Shown here: in pieces, positions 1 to 10,702 of the stretch
Position numbering within the stretch: position 1 is the stretch's first letter
How the letters are laid out: every line of letters starts with the position of its first letter
Virus record (IMG/VR): IMGVR_UViG_3300018065_000012
Source: a virus
Lineage: Duplodnaviria; Heunggongvirae; Uroviricota; Caudoviricetes
DNA length: 64,000 nucleotides
Strand: one strand, 5' to 3'
Notes under the pieces: model-generated
What the model was told of the DNA's origin: nothing
The model's input: only the letters and a program-made list of their open reading frames with translations
The model's database searches: none
Position numbers and translations under genes: made by a program

Positions 1-1
1 C

Positions 2-628
2 ACTAATGCAAATCCACAAGTTACAGATTTGGAAGAAGAAAAGTTCGGGGAACCAAAAAAGGATGCTATTACTGAAGCAAAAAAGATAGCAACAGGAATT
101 AAAAGCGCAGCGGAAAACAAAGCAGCTATCAAAAAAGCAAAAACGAAAGAAGAGGAAGAGAAATCTAAATCATTGGTTGACTATCCCTCAATTTTTATCG
201 ATCCTGAAGAAAGAATCAAAGTGGGTGTTGATATTCTTTTTGACCCTGAAAACGGGCGACCACTTTTGATGATTTCCAACAAGCTTGAAGACAAAGAAGC
301 TGATTTGACTTTTCTTCGACGCGTTCATGAACAAGCTGAATTTTCTCATCCAACTTATAATGATGTTGTGACATATAGAGAAGCATCGATGTCGTGGGAC
401 AAAGAGTCAAGACAATTTCTTGCTGATCCTGTAAAGATGCGAATTCAGTTCATCCGTTATCATTTGAAAAGTTTAACATTGAAAGACAAAACAGGAAAGC
501 AACTCGAATTGAAGTTTGATGAAAACGACGCTCTGACTGCGGATTGTATGAAAACAATCGGAAAGATTACACCTTCATTGATGGATTTGATTCTTTCAGA
601 ATTTGAAAGAGAAACCTTGCTGGGGTAA
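2..628 (+). CDS. Putative tail assembly chaperone-like protein. The frame is open to the window edge, so the 5' end may lie upstream; the first in-window start is TTG at 29.
   Basis: A 199-aa ORF immediately upstream of the tape measure gene, which is the usual position of tail assembly chaperones. No recognisable motif and no obvious slippery site for a G/G-T frameshift. Confidence 0.3.
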   Translation, partial: TNANPQVTDLEEEKFGEPKKDAITEAKKIATGIKSAAENKAAIKKAKTKEEEEKSKSLVDYPSIFIDPEERIKVGVDILFDPENGRPLLMISNKLEDKEADLTFLRRVHEQAEFSHPTYNDVVTYREASMSWDKESRQFLADPVKMRIQFIRYHLKSLTLKDKTGKQLELKFDENDALTADCMKTIGKITPSLMDLILSEFERETLLG

Positions 629-634
629 TGAACA

Positions 635-3600
635 ATGCCTTTTAACATTAAGTCTCTTGAACAGCAGTGGGAAAATCTCGACAGCAAAACTGTTGACAAA
701 CTTATCTCACATATTGATAAGTTATCTGGCGAAGTTGCAAAGGCGAAGGCCAAATACAAAGACCTCAATAATGTAATTAAAAACGAAACAGACCCTACAA
801 AAGTGAAGCAACTTGCTATTGAATTATCAGAAGTTGCGGATGCAATCAATGAAGGCAATAATGCGATTAAACAACACAAGGCAAATGAGCTTCTGAAATC
901 ATTTGAATCTTTGACGGATTCGGCATCTGACGCGGCAGGGGCGATTGGGAAAATTAAGAAAGAACTTGGAACCAAAGAATGGAACGAATATAGCCGTGCT
1001 GTTGGAATGAGCGGCAACCAATTAGAGAAAGAAAAAAAGCGGTACGACGCTCTTCATGGCGATCTTGAGAAGCTTCGCAAAAAATTATTGGGCCTTGTAG
1101 ATGCTACAAAGACAAAAGGAAAAAGCGACAAGAAAACGCTTGACAATCTTAACAAGGAAATAAAAGAGACTAAAAGAAGCGTTGATCAAAAAAAGAAAGA
1201 AATCAGCGTTTATGAGGATATTGCAAAAGCTTCGAAAGGAGCGAACAAGGAAAGGCGTTCCGCTGTTGAATTTATGCGCAGCATGGGGGCTGGGCCGAAG
1301 ACTGAAGATTGGGCACGCCTTGCAAAGATTGTTGATCAAACAAAAGTCATGAAGATGAAAGAGGAGTTTGAAGCAACAAGAAAAGAGTTGGAAGCAGGGG
1401 GAAAACAATTAATTGCTCTTGAATTTGAAATTGAGGGTGCCACTGATCCAAAAGAAGTAAAACGCCTCAATGACGAATTTGACGAACTCTTGGACAAAGT
1501 ACAAGCACTTGAAGAGACTCAATTGGGCCGTGGAACATTGGTCGCGGCTGCAAGTGATTTTGAAAAGGGTGCTGAAAAAGTTACGGTGCTTGGAAAAGCT
1601 TCAGAAGATGCGAAACGCGAAGTTGATGGACTTGGCGGAGGGTTAGGAGAGAATGCGACAGGGGCGATTGCGTTTGGGCTTGCAATTGCTTATGCAGGAA
1701 AACAACTTTCTGATTTTGGAACGAGATTGCTTGACGCTCAAAAGAAGTGGGCCAAATACAACGTGCAAACCGCTATTGCTGCGCGGACAATTCCAGATTT
1801 CAAAGGTGGCTCACAAGGGTTGGATGATTTGCGTTCGCGCTTGCGTTTAACATCTGATGAAGCAATTCGATTTCAAGATGTTTTGAAAAGCGGGTCTGTT
1901 ACGGGTGTCGTAAGTATAGAACAACTTGTTAGCGCTGCTACAAAGTTAGAAGAAGCTTTTGGCGAAGACCCAACTGACCGTTTGAGAACGTATGTTGAAT
2001 TGCTTCAACAAATTCCAACGCTTGAAACAGATTTGAACATTACTGCAAGCCTTGACGATCAAGCTGCTGCTTGGTTTGCGCTTGCTGAGCAAGGAAAGGT
2101 TCAGCAAGTCATTGAGATGCAAGCTGCTGGTTTGGCAGGCGCGGAAGAAGCAGAGATGCCAGAAGGAAGCGCGGCAGAAGTTGAGGCGCTGAAAACTCAG
2201 CGAGATATGGCAACCGCTTTGGAAAGTATTGAGAAAAGTCTTTCTGAATACATTCCAAACAGTTTATCATATTTTACAACTGCTTCTGGTGCGTTGTTAC
2301 AAACTGGAGCAACCATTTGGTCTTTGTTTGTAATGTCCAAAACGATCAAATTGCTTTTAGACAAAATTGGGATGACGGAGAAAATATCAGGAAATAAGTT
2401 AAAAGATATTGAACGGGACACGACAAAAATAGATGTGAACACGGATCAGGTTGAATCTAAACTTGATCAAATTAAAAATGCAAAAGTCTCTCCAGTGGGA
2501 GGCGCTGCCGCTCCCGGTGGGTTTGGTAGACAGATGCTCACAATGCAAAGGGGTACCCTTGGGGGCGCGGCTGGTGGTGCAGTTGGTGGCGCTGTCCTTG
2601 CGGCAATTGAAACAGGGTTTAATGACCAACTTACTGTTCACCAAAAAGCTATGACCGCAGTTACTGGCGCAGTTGGTGGTGGAATTGGCGCTGCGCTTGG
2701 TGGCCCAATGGGGGCAGCAATTGGAGCGCAAATTGGGACATCGATAGCAGGAAGTATTGATTGGGATGCAATATTTGGAACAGCGGCATTTGAAAGGAGT
2801 AAACAAGCTTTTGAAGAAGAAATTATTGCAATTGAAAAGCATACAAGCGCGATAATAGAAGCAACCAAAATGCAACGGTCAGCCCTTGAACTTCAACGAG
2901 TTCTTGGATTTTTGAAATCAGCTGTTGAATCGCCTATTGTAAACTTGGCGCGGTTAAACAAAACAGTTGCTGATTTGACTTTTGAAAATCTTGAAATGGG
3001 CCTTGGAGCTTCCGCTGATTTTTCTGCCGCTATGGAACAAGGAGAAACGGCAATTACAAGAGAATTCAGCCAGATGAAAAGACAATTCAGCTTAGCCCGA
3101 GATATGATTATGAACAATTCCAATCTGGAAGGAAAGCAAAGACAAGCAGCATTGGCTTCATTGCACAAAGTTGAATTGGAAGCAGCAAAGAAATATGCTC
3201 AGGGGCTCTTAAACCTTGTGGGGCGTTTTGAGGATATCCCAGCTGTACTGCGCTCCGAATTACAACTTGGAATTAAGCAAGCTATGCTTGACCTTAAAAT
3301 TGATATTGGCACTGATGTAATGGGCGACGCTACTGATGACTTCTCAGCAATGTTAGCCGATGTAACAAATGCATTAGCCGAATCTGTTCCAGAAGTGACG
3401 AAAAGTTTACGGCGAGGGGCAGAAATTATTGAAGCAACGACTGAAAAATTTACTGTTGGCGATTTTAACAAGGATATGAACGCAGTGGTTCGGGGTTTGA
3501 AGGGCAATCATAAAGATTTGGTTAATCAATTTAAGAAAACATTGAGCAAAGAAACTGGGTTCTATCAAGTCAGAGAGGAAAATGCCGAAGCATTAAAAAA

Positions 3601-6600
3601 TGTGATCGAGACCACTCAGGCGCGAATAAAAGGCTTGAAAGATATGCCGGAGTTTGATTTTGACGTGTCAATGCTTGAAGCGTCTGAGAAAGCGTTCAAT
3701 GAGTTTGAAAAAGCAAAAGAAAAAATGGCTGATTTAGCCAAAGCTGAAAAAGAAGCTGCTGATTTCAATGCAGAAATTGGGAGAAGTGTATTGGAAGAAT
3801 TTGGTCATCGTAATACAATGACAGAAAAGGAAAAAGCCGGTTATAAAGAATTGATGAAAGCGCAGGCAGAAGTAAGAAAGTTTGCAGAAGGTGGTTTTAA
3901 GATAGCAAAAGAAAGCTACGAACAGCAACAAAAAGCGCTCGTGGTTCGCGCTAAACAATTGGGTGATGCAAACGATATATTAGAGTGGGAATCCTCTTTG
4001 AATGGGGTTGAAGCAGAAGCAGCAAAATGGATGAAAAAACGCCTTGAGGAAATGAAAAAACAACAAGACATCGTCAGCGAAGAAGCGCAGGGACTTCAAC
4101 AACTTGTGAACCGGATGCAAAAGATCAAAGCGCTTCAGGAAGAAAGAAATATTGGATTAAAAGCGCAAGAAAAAACTTTAGAAGGGGTTCAAAAACGCTT
4201 GCGAAGGTTTGTTGGCGTTCTCAAACTTGGCGCGACGTTGATTGATGAGAGTGGCGTGGTACAATCGATGGAGCGTTCTATTGCTACTTTATCAAAAGAA
4301 AGAGAACTTGCAGGGTTGATGGGGGTCAATGCAGAGCTTTCAGGAAAAGAAATTTTGAAAACAGGGGAAAAATATTCTAAACAACTCACAATCGCTAAGG
4401 GAAATTTAGAGTCTTTGAAAAAATTGGCAGAAGGCGGTGCCAAAGCTGCTAACGTGATGAAAAAAGTCGGAGAACAGTTTGCGCTCATTGATGAAACGAT
4501 TTCAAAAAGATTCAACATAGAAGCAATGGCCCCAAGGTTAAAAAAGGCATTTGGAAAGGATAAGGCAAAAGGTTTTGAAAAATTGTTGCTTGATCAAGCG
4601 GAAGCAGTTAAAAAAGCGTTTGAAAAATTTGAAGAGAAGAGGCTTGCAAAAGTTGGGAGAGAAAAACTAAAGAAGTTTGGACAAAACGTTGTTGACGCAA
4701 AAAAGGAATTGGACAAAAGTCTTGCAGAAGTTTCAGCAGCTGCTCCTGAAGTGCCTATTGACGATATTAAAGGCGCATTTGATATTATGATTTTGACTAC
4801 GCAAGCTTTTTCTGGAGGCATTCAAGAGACGGCTAAAAAAATTAAAAAACGAATTGCTGAGTTAAACTTGGACATGGCTGTCCTTCCGCGAATGCTTGAG
4901 GCGCAGCGGCGTGCAATTGCTGATAGTATTCCTCAACAAGCGGCAAGGAATGTTTTGGACACGGCTGCTGCAATGGGCGATCTTGCTTCTGAAATGATGG
5001 ATTCTCGGACGGCAGCAATAGCGTATGCAAGATCACAAGAAGCGATCTCAAGAGGTCATGAAGATTTAGTAGATCAACTCAAGGAACAAGAAAAAGTTGT
5101 TAAAGCTGTTTTTGAAGGAATGGTATTAGCGGCGAAAGGAGACCCAGCAAAACTTTCACGAATACGTTTACAATATGAGAGTGAAATGGCTTCGCTTGCA
5201 AAAGAGCGTTTAGAAGCTGAAAGACATGTCCTAAGCGCTTCGATGGACGCTTTAGATCGTCGGCTGAAAGCAGACATGGCTGGATTGGAAATCAGAAAAG
5301 AAGAACTTGATATTCAACAAGACCTTGCGAATACGCTTGGTTGGAGCGTTGGCCAAATCTTTACAATCCAAATGGAACAACTGGGAGCTGCTAAACAACA
5401 ACGTGACATACTTTTGGAAGCGTGGAAAGACGCGGAAGCAGCGACAGGAGTTACAGAAAGAACAGAACAATTACGTTTGAAATATGTTAGAGCGGCAGCT
5501 GACGTTCAAAAGAAGGCGTTGGGCGCACAACGTGACGCCTATGATAAGTTGCTTGATAAAGCGTTTGGCGCAATCCGTTCTGCGCGTGGGGCGCGTCGGC
5601 AGTTGATGACCAAAGCGCAAATCTTTGGAACGGGGTTTGTTCAAAACGTAGCTTCGGGTTTAGTCACTGGCGGTGGGGCAATGACGGTTGCAGAGCGTCA
5701 AGCACGTCTTGCTGGAGTGGGCGGTGGCCCAAGAGGGGGTCGTGGCGGTGGCGCGGCCCCAACAAAACCAGAAGACAAACAAATCAAAGCGGCTGATACA
5801 AACGTTGACGCTTCAAAACGAATGCATGATGCAGCGGAAATAATGTGGGAAGCAACAAGTGGAAATCGCAACACAATGCGCGATTTTTCAGGGGTGATGA
5901 GGAATCAAACTTTCCGCGCGGGAGCAGGTCCAACGCGGCACCCGGTGAATGCAATGGTCGCAGGAGGGGCAACGGGGCGCGCAGCGGTCCCTATGGCGGG
6001 AAAACCACAAATGGTAATGCCAGTTTTGACTTCGGAGGAAAAACAGCATTTTGAGTCTGCAAAACGATTTTATCGTGATGCGGTTAAAGAAGGCAGAACT
6101 CAAAAAGACATTTTGGATTCAACAAGAGCAATTCTGAGTGGTGGTTCTGATGAAGACAAAAAATCGGCAGATAAAATTATTACTGCTCTTCAGGTTGAAG
6201 CGGGGAAAGGGCGCTTACCAAAAGCGCCAAAACTTAATCCAAAAGAAAAACAAGATTTTGAAAGTGCAAAACGGTTTTATACAGATGCGAAAAAAGAGGG
6301 GCGGACACAAAAAGACATTTTTGGAGCAATTAGAACTATTTTGTCAACTGGTGAAAAAGGCAATAAAGAATCTGCTGACAGAATTGTTACTCTCCTCAAG
6401 GAAGAAACAGGAGAGAAAAAAGCAGTTACAAAAGCAGTTGAAACAACCGTCGATTCGTCGGCAAAAAGAGGGCTTGGAAAAAGAGGAATCAGAGCGCCAA
6501 TCGCAGGCGTGGGCGCTGGCAAAATTCCACCTGCGCTTCAAAACTTTCTTGCGCCAATTACTTCCATGGCAGATGGTGCCGGAATGCCCGGTTTTGCAGG

Positions 6601-7075
6601 ATTAGATTTAGCAGGTGGTCTTTCTGGTGCTGTTGGCGGGGTACAAGGAATGCTTGGAGGGGCAGTTGCTGCTACTCAAGGAAATCTTGGCGGTTTGTTT
6701 GGAGGTATGCAAGCTGCATTGACTGGTGCATTGACTCCAAAAGTCGGATTAGGGGGCAGGCGCAGAGGTGGAGGCGCACGTCGGCCAGCTGCTGCAAGAA
6801 GACCTGCGCCGTTCCAAAAGGTTGTACCAGAAGCAACAGGGGCAACTGCTGCCACTGCTGCGACAGGTGGCGCAGGTGGCGCAGGGGGAGGAACCGCGAC
6901 AGCCCCGATGCAGAAAGTTCCGATTCAACTCAGCATTAGTTCTGATGGAAAAATTGATATTAGACCGTCTGTTGAAAAAATTGTTTTCGATATGGTTCCG
7001 AAGTTAGTGGCTTCAACAGAGTTTTCTCGTGCTATGAATTCAAACGGTTATCCAAATAAGTATCAACCAACTTAA
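635..7075 (+). CDS. Tail tape measure protein (2146 aa)
   Basis: Very long ORF with extensive coiled-coil (E/K/A/L-rich) segments, Gly/Ala-rich hydrophobic blocks (aa ~620-700 and ~1960-2090) and an internal tandem duplication. It follows a chaperone-like ORF and precedes the tail tip genes. Confidence 0.9.
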   Translation: MPFNIKSLEQQWENLDSKTVDKLISHIDKLSGEVAKAKAKYKDLNNVIKNETDPTKVKQLAIELSEVADAINEGNNAIKQHKANELLKSFESLTDSASDAAGAIGKIKKELGTKEWNEYSRAVGMSGNQLEKEKKRYDALHGDLEKLRKKLLGLVDATKTKGKSDKKTLDNLNKEIKETKRSVDQKKKEISVYEDIAKASKGANKERRSAVEFMRSMGAGPKTEDWARLAKIVDQTKVMKMKEEFEATRKELEAGGKQLIALEFEIEGATDPKEVKRLNDEFDELLDKVQALEETQLGRGTLVAAASDFEKGAEKVTVLGKASEDAKREVDGLGGGLGENATGAIAFGLAIAYAGKQLSDFGTRLLDAQKKWAKYNVQTAIAARTIPDFKGGSQGLDDLRSRLRLTSDEAIRFQDVLKSGSVTGVVSIEQLVSAATKLEEAFGEDPTDRLRTYVELLQQIPTLETDLNITASLDDQAAAWFALAEQGKVQQVIEMQAAGLAGAEEAEMPEGSAAEVEALKTQRDMATALESIEKSLSEYIPNSLSYFTTASGALLQTGATIWSLFVMSKTIKLLLDKIGMTEKISGNKLKDIERDTTKIDVNTDQVESKLDQIKNAKVSPVGGAAAPGGFGRQMLTMQRGTLGGAAGGAVGGAVLAAIETGFNDQLTVHQKAMTAVTGAVGGGIGAALGGPMGAAIGAQIGTSIAGSIDWDAIFGTAAFERSKQAFEEEIIAIEKHTSAIIEATKMQRSALELQRVLGFLKSAVESPIVNLARLNKTVADLTFENLEMGLGASADFSAAMEQGETAITREFSQMKRQFSLARDMIMNNSNLEGKQRQAALASLHKVELEAAKKYAQGLLNLVGRFEDIPAVLRSELQLGIKQAMLDLKIDIGTDVMGDATDDFSAMLADVTNALAESVPEVTKSLRRGAEIIEATTEKFTVGDFNKDMNAVVRGLKGNHKDLVNQFKKTLSKETGFYQVREENAEALKNVIETTQARIKGLKDMPEFDFDVSMLEASEKAFNEFEKAKEKMADLAKAEKEAADFNAEIGRSVLEEFGHRNTMTEKEKAGYKELMKAQAEVRKFAEGGFKIAKESYEQQQKALVVRAKQLGDANDILEWESSLNGVEAEAAKWMKKRLEEMKKQQDIVSEEAQGLQQLVNRMQKIKALQEERNIGLKAQEKTLEGVQKRLRRFVGVLKLGATLIDESGVVQSMERSIATLSKERELAGLMGVNAELSGKEILKTGEKYSKQLTIAKGNLESLKKLAEGGAKAANVMKKVGEQFALIDETISKRFNIEAMAPRLKKAFGKDKAKGFEKLLLDQAEAVKKAFEKFEEKRLAKVGREKLKKFGQNVVDAKKELDKSLAEVSAAAPEVPIDDIKGAFDIMILTTQAFSGGIQETAKKIKKRIAELNLDMAVLPRMLEAQRRAIADSIPQQAARNVLDTAAAMGDLASEMMDSRTAAIAYARSQEAISRGHEDLVDQLKEQEKVVKAVFEGMVLAAKGDPAKLSRIRLQYESEMASLAKERLEAERHVLSASMDALDRRLKADMAGLEIRKEELDIQQDLANTLGWSVGQIFTIQMEQLGAAKQQRDILLEAWKDAEAATGVTERTEQLRLKYVRAAADVQKKALGAQRDAYDKLLDKAFGAIRSARGARRQLMTKAQIFGTGFVQNVASGLVTGGGAMTVAERQARLAGVGGGPRGGRGGGAAPTKPEDKQIKAADTNVDASKRMHDAAEIMWEATSGNRNTMRDFSGVMRNQTFRAGAGPTRHPVNAMVAGGATGRAAVPMAGKPQMVMPVLTSEEKQHFESAKRFYRDAVKEGRTQKDILDSTRAILSGGSDEDKKSADKIITALQVEAGKGRLPKAPKLNPKEKQDFESAKRFYTDAKKEGRTQKDIFGAIRTILSTGEKGNKESADRIVTLLKEETGEKKAVTKAVETTVDSSAKRGLGKRGIRAPIAGVGAGKIPPALQNFLAPITSMADGAGMPGFAGLDLAGGLSGAVGGVQGMLGGAVAATQGNLGGLFGGMQAALTGALTPKVGLGGRRRGGGARRPAAARRPAPFQKVVPEATGATAATAATGGAGGAGGGTATAPMQKVPIQLSISSDGKIDIRPSVEKIVFDMVPKLVASTEFSRAMNSNGYPNKYQPT
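6038..6424 (+). repeat. In-frame tandem duplication (~69 aa x2) inside the tape measure gene
   Basis: Two peptide units, EKQHFESAKRFYRDAVKEGRTQKDILDSTRAIL... and EKQDFESAKRFYTDAKKEGRTQKDIFGAIRTIL..., with roughly 70% nucleotide identity by eye. Confidence 0.7.
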
Positions 7076-7085
7076 TGGATGAACA

Positions 7086-9602
7086 ATGTCTGACAATCCA
7101 ATAGTAGAACTTACTTTTGTAATCCCTGCGCCGGGACAACCGGAAATCATACGGGACAGTTTCACCCGTGTTGATTTTGGAAATGAAATTACAAAAGTGT
7201 ATCCTGATGATATTGACCCTTCTGGAGATTTGACAACTTTCACGCCAGAATATCCAAAGGCTTTTTACTTTTGGAATATGGGAGGTGCTTATGAAAGAGC
7301 AGGAATTGGAACAACTCCTGATTTTATTACAGCAGACAATTGGACTGACGTTGTAAGTTTGGCCCCTTCTGGGTTCATTACTTCAGTCAATTCAGTTATG
7401 CCCAAGTTGATGATCCCCTCTAAGCTTCTTGTCAAAAACGGATTCGGCAATCTTGGCGATGACAAAAAAGCAAAAGAACTTACCAATGGAACTTATAATC
7501 TTTTTGATTGGACCGTTGTTAAGCTTGCTGGTTCATCTACATTGACTGATGAAGACAAACGTTGTCTTACGGTAGCGCATGACGCAATTTCAATCAATCA
7601 AAAAGACGACACAGGAGATGGCGAAGGAGGAACATCCGCAGAATTACAGCTCGATGAGCCAACTGGAGCGCCAACGGGAGAGTGGGAGCCAACTGAACTC
7701 GTAGGAGAAGGTGCTTTTTGCTTACTCGTTAATGTTGTTCCAACAACTGCTGCAAAGCAGGCTGCTGATGACGAAACAAAACGCTGGAGTGTTGCGTTGT
7801 CAGCAAACGAGCTTGAAATCTTTCTTGATTCCAATGGAATGCGTATCAAAATTGGACAAGAGGAAGAACGCGCGCAGTTGGTTCAGGCGGCAGCAAAAGA
7901 AGCACCACCACAAGAAGCAGAATTTACTGAAGCAACAATGCTGTATATATTGATCGTCTACCCCGTATGGAATGGCGTCATCGTTGCAAATGGAATCCAA
8001 GACATTAGAAATGTCGTGAATGTTGCCAGTCAGTTTTGTGTGAAAGACCGCGAGCTAAGCATCAACGATCCAACATTGCAACAGCGTGGCGCAGGCGGCG
8101 TAACTGGAACGTTTGATCCAGAAAATCCGGCTGACGTCTTTATCAAAATGCCCGCTGGCGACAAGGCAAAGGTTTTGTTTGGAAACGAGATTAATGCCAT
8201 AACAAAAAATTGCCGTTTTGATATGGCTTATTTGCCAATCTATTTTTCTAACGCTGCTGTGATTGATAGCTTTTTCATTGGATCAAAAGATCAAGCTGCT
8301 GATCCAACAGCGGGCATTTTAGCTGTTACGTATGAATATGATGTCTATCCGATTTGGACCAACAATGATACAGACTATAATATTGCAGCCAGCGATGTTG
8401 AAACAGGAAAGTCGATTGATGTTGAAACGGAATGGAAATATGCTCGAATTGCTTTTGACAATGACAAACCAGCGAGGCGTGCCGGGGAGATGTTTGGTTA
8501 TATCTTGCGCACAAGGGAACAGCGCGGTGTAAATATCTTAACAGGAAATGGCTCTTTCAATTTGAGCGTTGGCGGCTCAACGCTTACAGGTTGGCCAAAT
8601 TATATCAAATCAGTTAATGTAACTGTCGGGTTAGACGGTTCCAGCGGTCAAATTGTCGTTGATAAATACGGTTTGACAAGTCAGACCGCAACTCCAGATC
8701 AAAGCATTGGAGCAATAACAATTGACGTTTCTAATGCGCCTGCGGGTTCTGTTGCAGGAAGAATTTTTGCCGGTTTGGGGATGGGCGTAACGGATACTCA
8801 AAGTTCAGATGGAGCAGACTTCACTATTCCATTGGTTGGCCTTGAAAAGAAAATGGAAGACATTGTATTGATCAACGTCCCGTTTTTTGATGGAAAGTTG
8901 TTCAGCGAGGTTTCACAATTCTTGACTCAATATAGTGGACTTATCCGCAACATGGCTTATGCTGCTGGGAGCCGAAAGCTTCCTTCTTCTGATGATATTG
9001 CGGCACCATTAGTTGATTTCAAAACAGGGACAACTGCGCTTGATGCAATGAATCAAGTGATGGAATTGACCGCGCATAATTATGTGATTCATAAGGACGG
9101 GCAAATATATTTCTATGCGCTTGCAACAGATGGTTTGCCGATTATTCTTGGACCAGACAGGTCAGGTGATTATCCAAACACAGAAGTGATCACGATTGAC
9201 CGAAGTCCTGATTTTCAAGATTTGCGCAATGAACGTCTGATTCTGGGATTGCAAAAAATTGAACCATCCAGCCGTCAAGTTGTTGAAGGCGCTGAGTTGC
9301 CTATTTTTCCATTGATTCTTTGGTCGCGTGAATATGGAACGGACCCATATATTCCTTGGTCTAAGCCAATTGTGTATGGTGTTCCCGGCTACGTGACAGA
9401 TGAAAAGCTTGAAGACATTGATACGCAAATTCAATCATTGACGAAGATTTACGAACTGACGGGACGCACTTCAATTCCCGGCGATTCTCGGATTATGCCC
9501 TATGATCGTTGGGGAAGTTACGTGATCGTTTCTGTATCGCACAATGTTGATTTGCAAGGAAAAACTTGGACAACTGATTTAGAATTCGCTTCAGGGAGAT
9601 AA
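7086..9602 (+). CDS. Tail tip or baseplate structural protein (838 aa)
   Basis: First gene after the tape measure, where distal tail, hub or tail-associated proteins normally sit. No catalytic motif recognised. Confidence 0.45.
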   Translation: MSDNPIVELTFVIPAPGQPEIIRDSFTRVDFGNEITKVYPDDIDPSGDLTTFTPEYPKAFYFWNMGGAYERAGIGTTPDFITADNWTDVVSLAPSGFITSVNSVMPKLMIPSKLLVKNGFGNLGDDKKAKELTNGTYNLFDWTVVKLAGSSTLTDEDKRCLTVAHDAISINQKDDTGDGEGGTSAELQLDEPTGAPTGEWEPTELVGEGAFCLLVNVVPTTAAKQAADDETKRWSVALSANELEIFLDSNGMRIKIGQEEERAQLVQAAAKEAPPQEAEFTEATMLYILIVYPVWNGVIVANGIQDIRNVVNVASQFCVKDRELSINDPTLQQRGAGGVTGTFDPENPADVFIKMPAGDKAKVLFGNEINAITKNCRFDMAYLPIYFSNAAVIDSFFIGSKDQAADPTAGILAVTYEYDVYPIWTNNDTDYNIAASDVETGKSIDVETEWKYARIAFDNDKPARRAGEMFGYILRTREQRGVNILTGNGSFNLSVGGSTLTGWPNYIKSVNVTVGLDGSSGQIVVDKYGLTSQTATPDQSIGAITIDVSNAPAGSVAGRIFAGLGMGVTDTQSSDGADFTIPLVGLEKKMEDIVLINVPFFDGKLFSEVSQFLTQYSGLIRNMAYAAGSRKLPSSDDIAAPLVDFKTGTTALDAMNQVMELTAHNYVIHKDGQIYFYALATDGLPIILGPDRSGDYPNTEVITIDRSPDFQDLRNERLILGLQKIEPSSRQVVEGAELPIFPLILWSREYGTDPYIPWSKPIVYGVPGYVTDEKLEDIDTQIQSLTKIYELTGRTSIPGDSRIMPYDRWGSYVIVSVSHNVDLQGKTWTTDLEFASGR

Positions 9603-9605
9603 ATT

Positions 9606-9815
9606 ATGCTTCATAGAGGGCGAAGTAGCGCGAACAATTATTTCATAAAGCGTGGTGTTCAAAAAACGCAAGCTCAGTCTTCCGTTTCAAACCTGTTGAG
9701 TAAGCTTGGCCCAAATACGATAAATAAAATCAAAGACCAATTACAAAAACGTAAAGGAAACTATTTCATTGCTGGAAAATCCGTTGTTGGCGATGGTTCC
9801 GTTGCAGGCCCATGA
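9606..9815 (+). CDS. Small hypothetical protein (69 aa)
   Basis: Short ORF between two tail genes. Coding status uncertain. Confidence 0.25.
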   Translation: MLHRGRSSANNYFIKRGVQKTQAQSSVSNLLSKLGPNTINKIKDQLQKRKGNYFIAGKSVVGDGSVAGP

Positions 9816-9823
9816 GGTGAATT

Positions 9824-10696
9824 ATGCCCTACAAACAAAAGACAGAATTCTTTGGAATCCCTTTTATCAGCAACGATGAAACGGTTTCTGAGGCTGAGGA
9901 AAAGAAAGCTGCCAATATAATAGAGAATCAACTTTTGGCGGCAACAAAAGGGGTGCGTTGCGCTGTTTTTGAAGATGGCCATTATCGTCTGGTAGATAAC
10001 GTTGACGGCACTTATACGGTAATGCTTGTAGGTACAGGAGAACGTATCGCATTTGAAGGAATTGTCAACGGTGGTTATTGCTATTCCAAAAACCCCGTGT
10101 TGTGGGAAAAGCTTATCAAGGGAAAAACCTATCATCTGTACGTCAAATTCACTTCTGATTTGTATGCGGACGAACACGCTTTCAAACCGATAACAAAAGA
10201 AAACTTCCCCTATGGCGATAATGTATTCAACGTCTTGTATCTTGCAAAAATTGATTTGTCTGTTGATAAACCGGCTGTTGACGCTCATCCTAATGGGAAG
10301 GTTTACGGCACAGACATTGCTCATCATGCGAATGATAAAACAAACCCTCATGGGCGTGATTTGGTCCAAGACAACTTGGATGTTCAAAAAAGCTTCAAGT
10401 TTCAAGGCGCTGAGTTGTATAATGGTAAAGATGGTATTTTGGATAAGGTTGAAAAATTGTCGACCTTTTCGACGGAAGACGGTTTGCCTTTTATAACATC
10501 TGGCGGGACAACTGGCGTCAACGTAGGCGTAACTGGAAAAATTGTGTCTGTTGATGTAGTTGAAGCAATTTGGGAAGGGCAACCGCCTTCGTTTGAATTG
10601 GGTGAAATTGCAATCAAGATTGAAGGGCAGAACGCGACTATTTACAACAGTGGGAAAGCTGGAATTCCCTTGCACGTATCCGTTTGGTACAGGTAG
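9824..10696 (+). CDS. Hypothetical virion or tail protein (290 aa)
   Basis: Protein-like composition within the tail module. An overlapping 319-aa minus-strand ORF has Cys/Phe-rich junk composition and was rejected. Confidence 0.4.
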   Translation: MPYKQKTEFFGIPFISNDETVSEAEEKKAANIIENQLLAATKGVRCAVFEDGHYRLVDNVDGTYTVMLVGTGERIAFEGIVNGGYCYSKNPVLWEKLIKGKTYHLYVKFTSDLYADEHAFKPITKENFPYGDNVFNVLYLAKIDLSVDKPAVDAHPNGKVYGTDIAHHANDKTNPHGRDLVQDNLDVQKSFKFQGAELYNGKDGILDKVEKLSTFSTEDGLPFITSGGTTGVNVGVTGKIVSVDVVEAIWEGQPPSFELGEIAIKIEGQNATIYNSGKAGIPLHVSVWYR

Positions 10697-10702
10697 AGAA
10701 AA

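Noticed and set aside
540-640. Possible programmed -1 frameshift (G/G-T chaperone pair) between the chaperone-like ORF and the tape measure gene
   Set aside because: No overlapping second chaperone frame and no recognisable slippery heptamer were seen by eye. Only a single ORF precedes the tape measure gene in this window.
460-1017. 185-aa minus-strand ORF overlapping the start of the tape measure gene
   Set aside because: Low-complexity Ser/Phe/Cys-rich junk composition, antisense to a confidently called gene. Treated as a shadow ORF, as were all other long minus-strand ORFs (for example 9761..10720, 37861..38814, 39407..40213 and 51531..52592).
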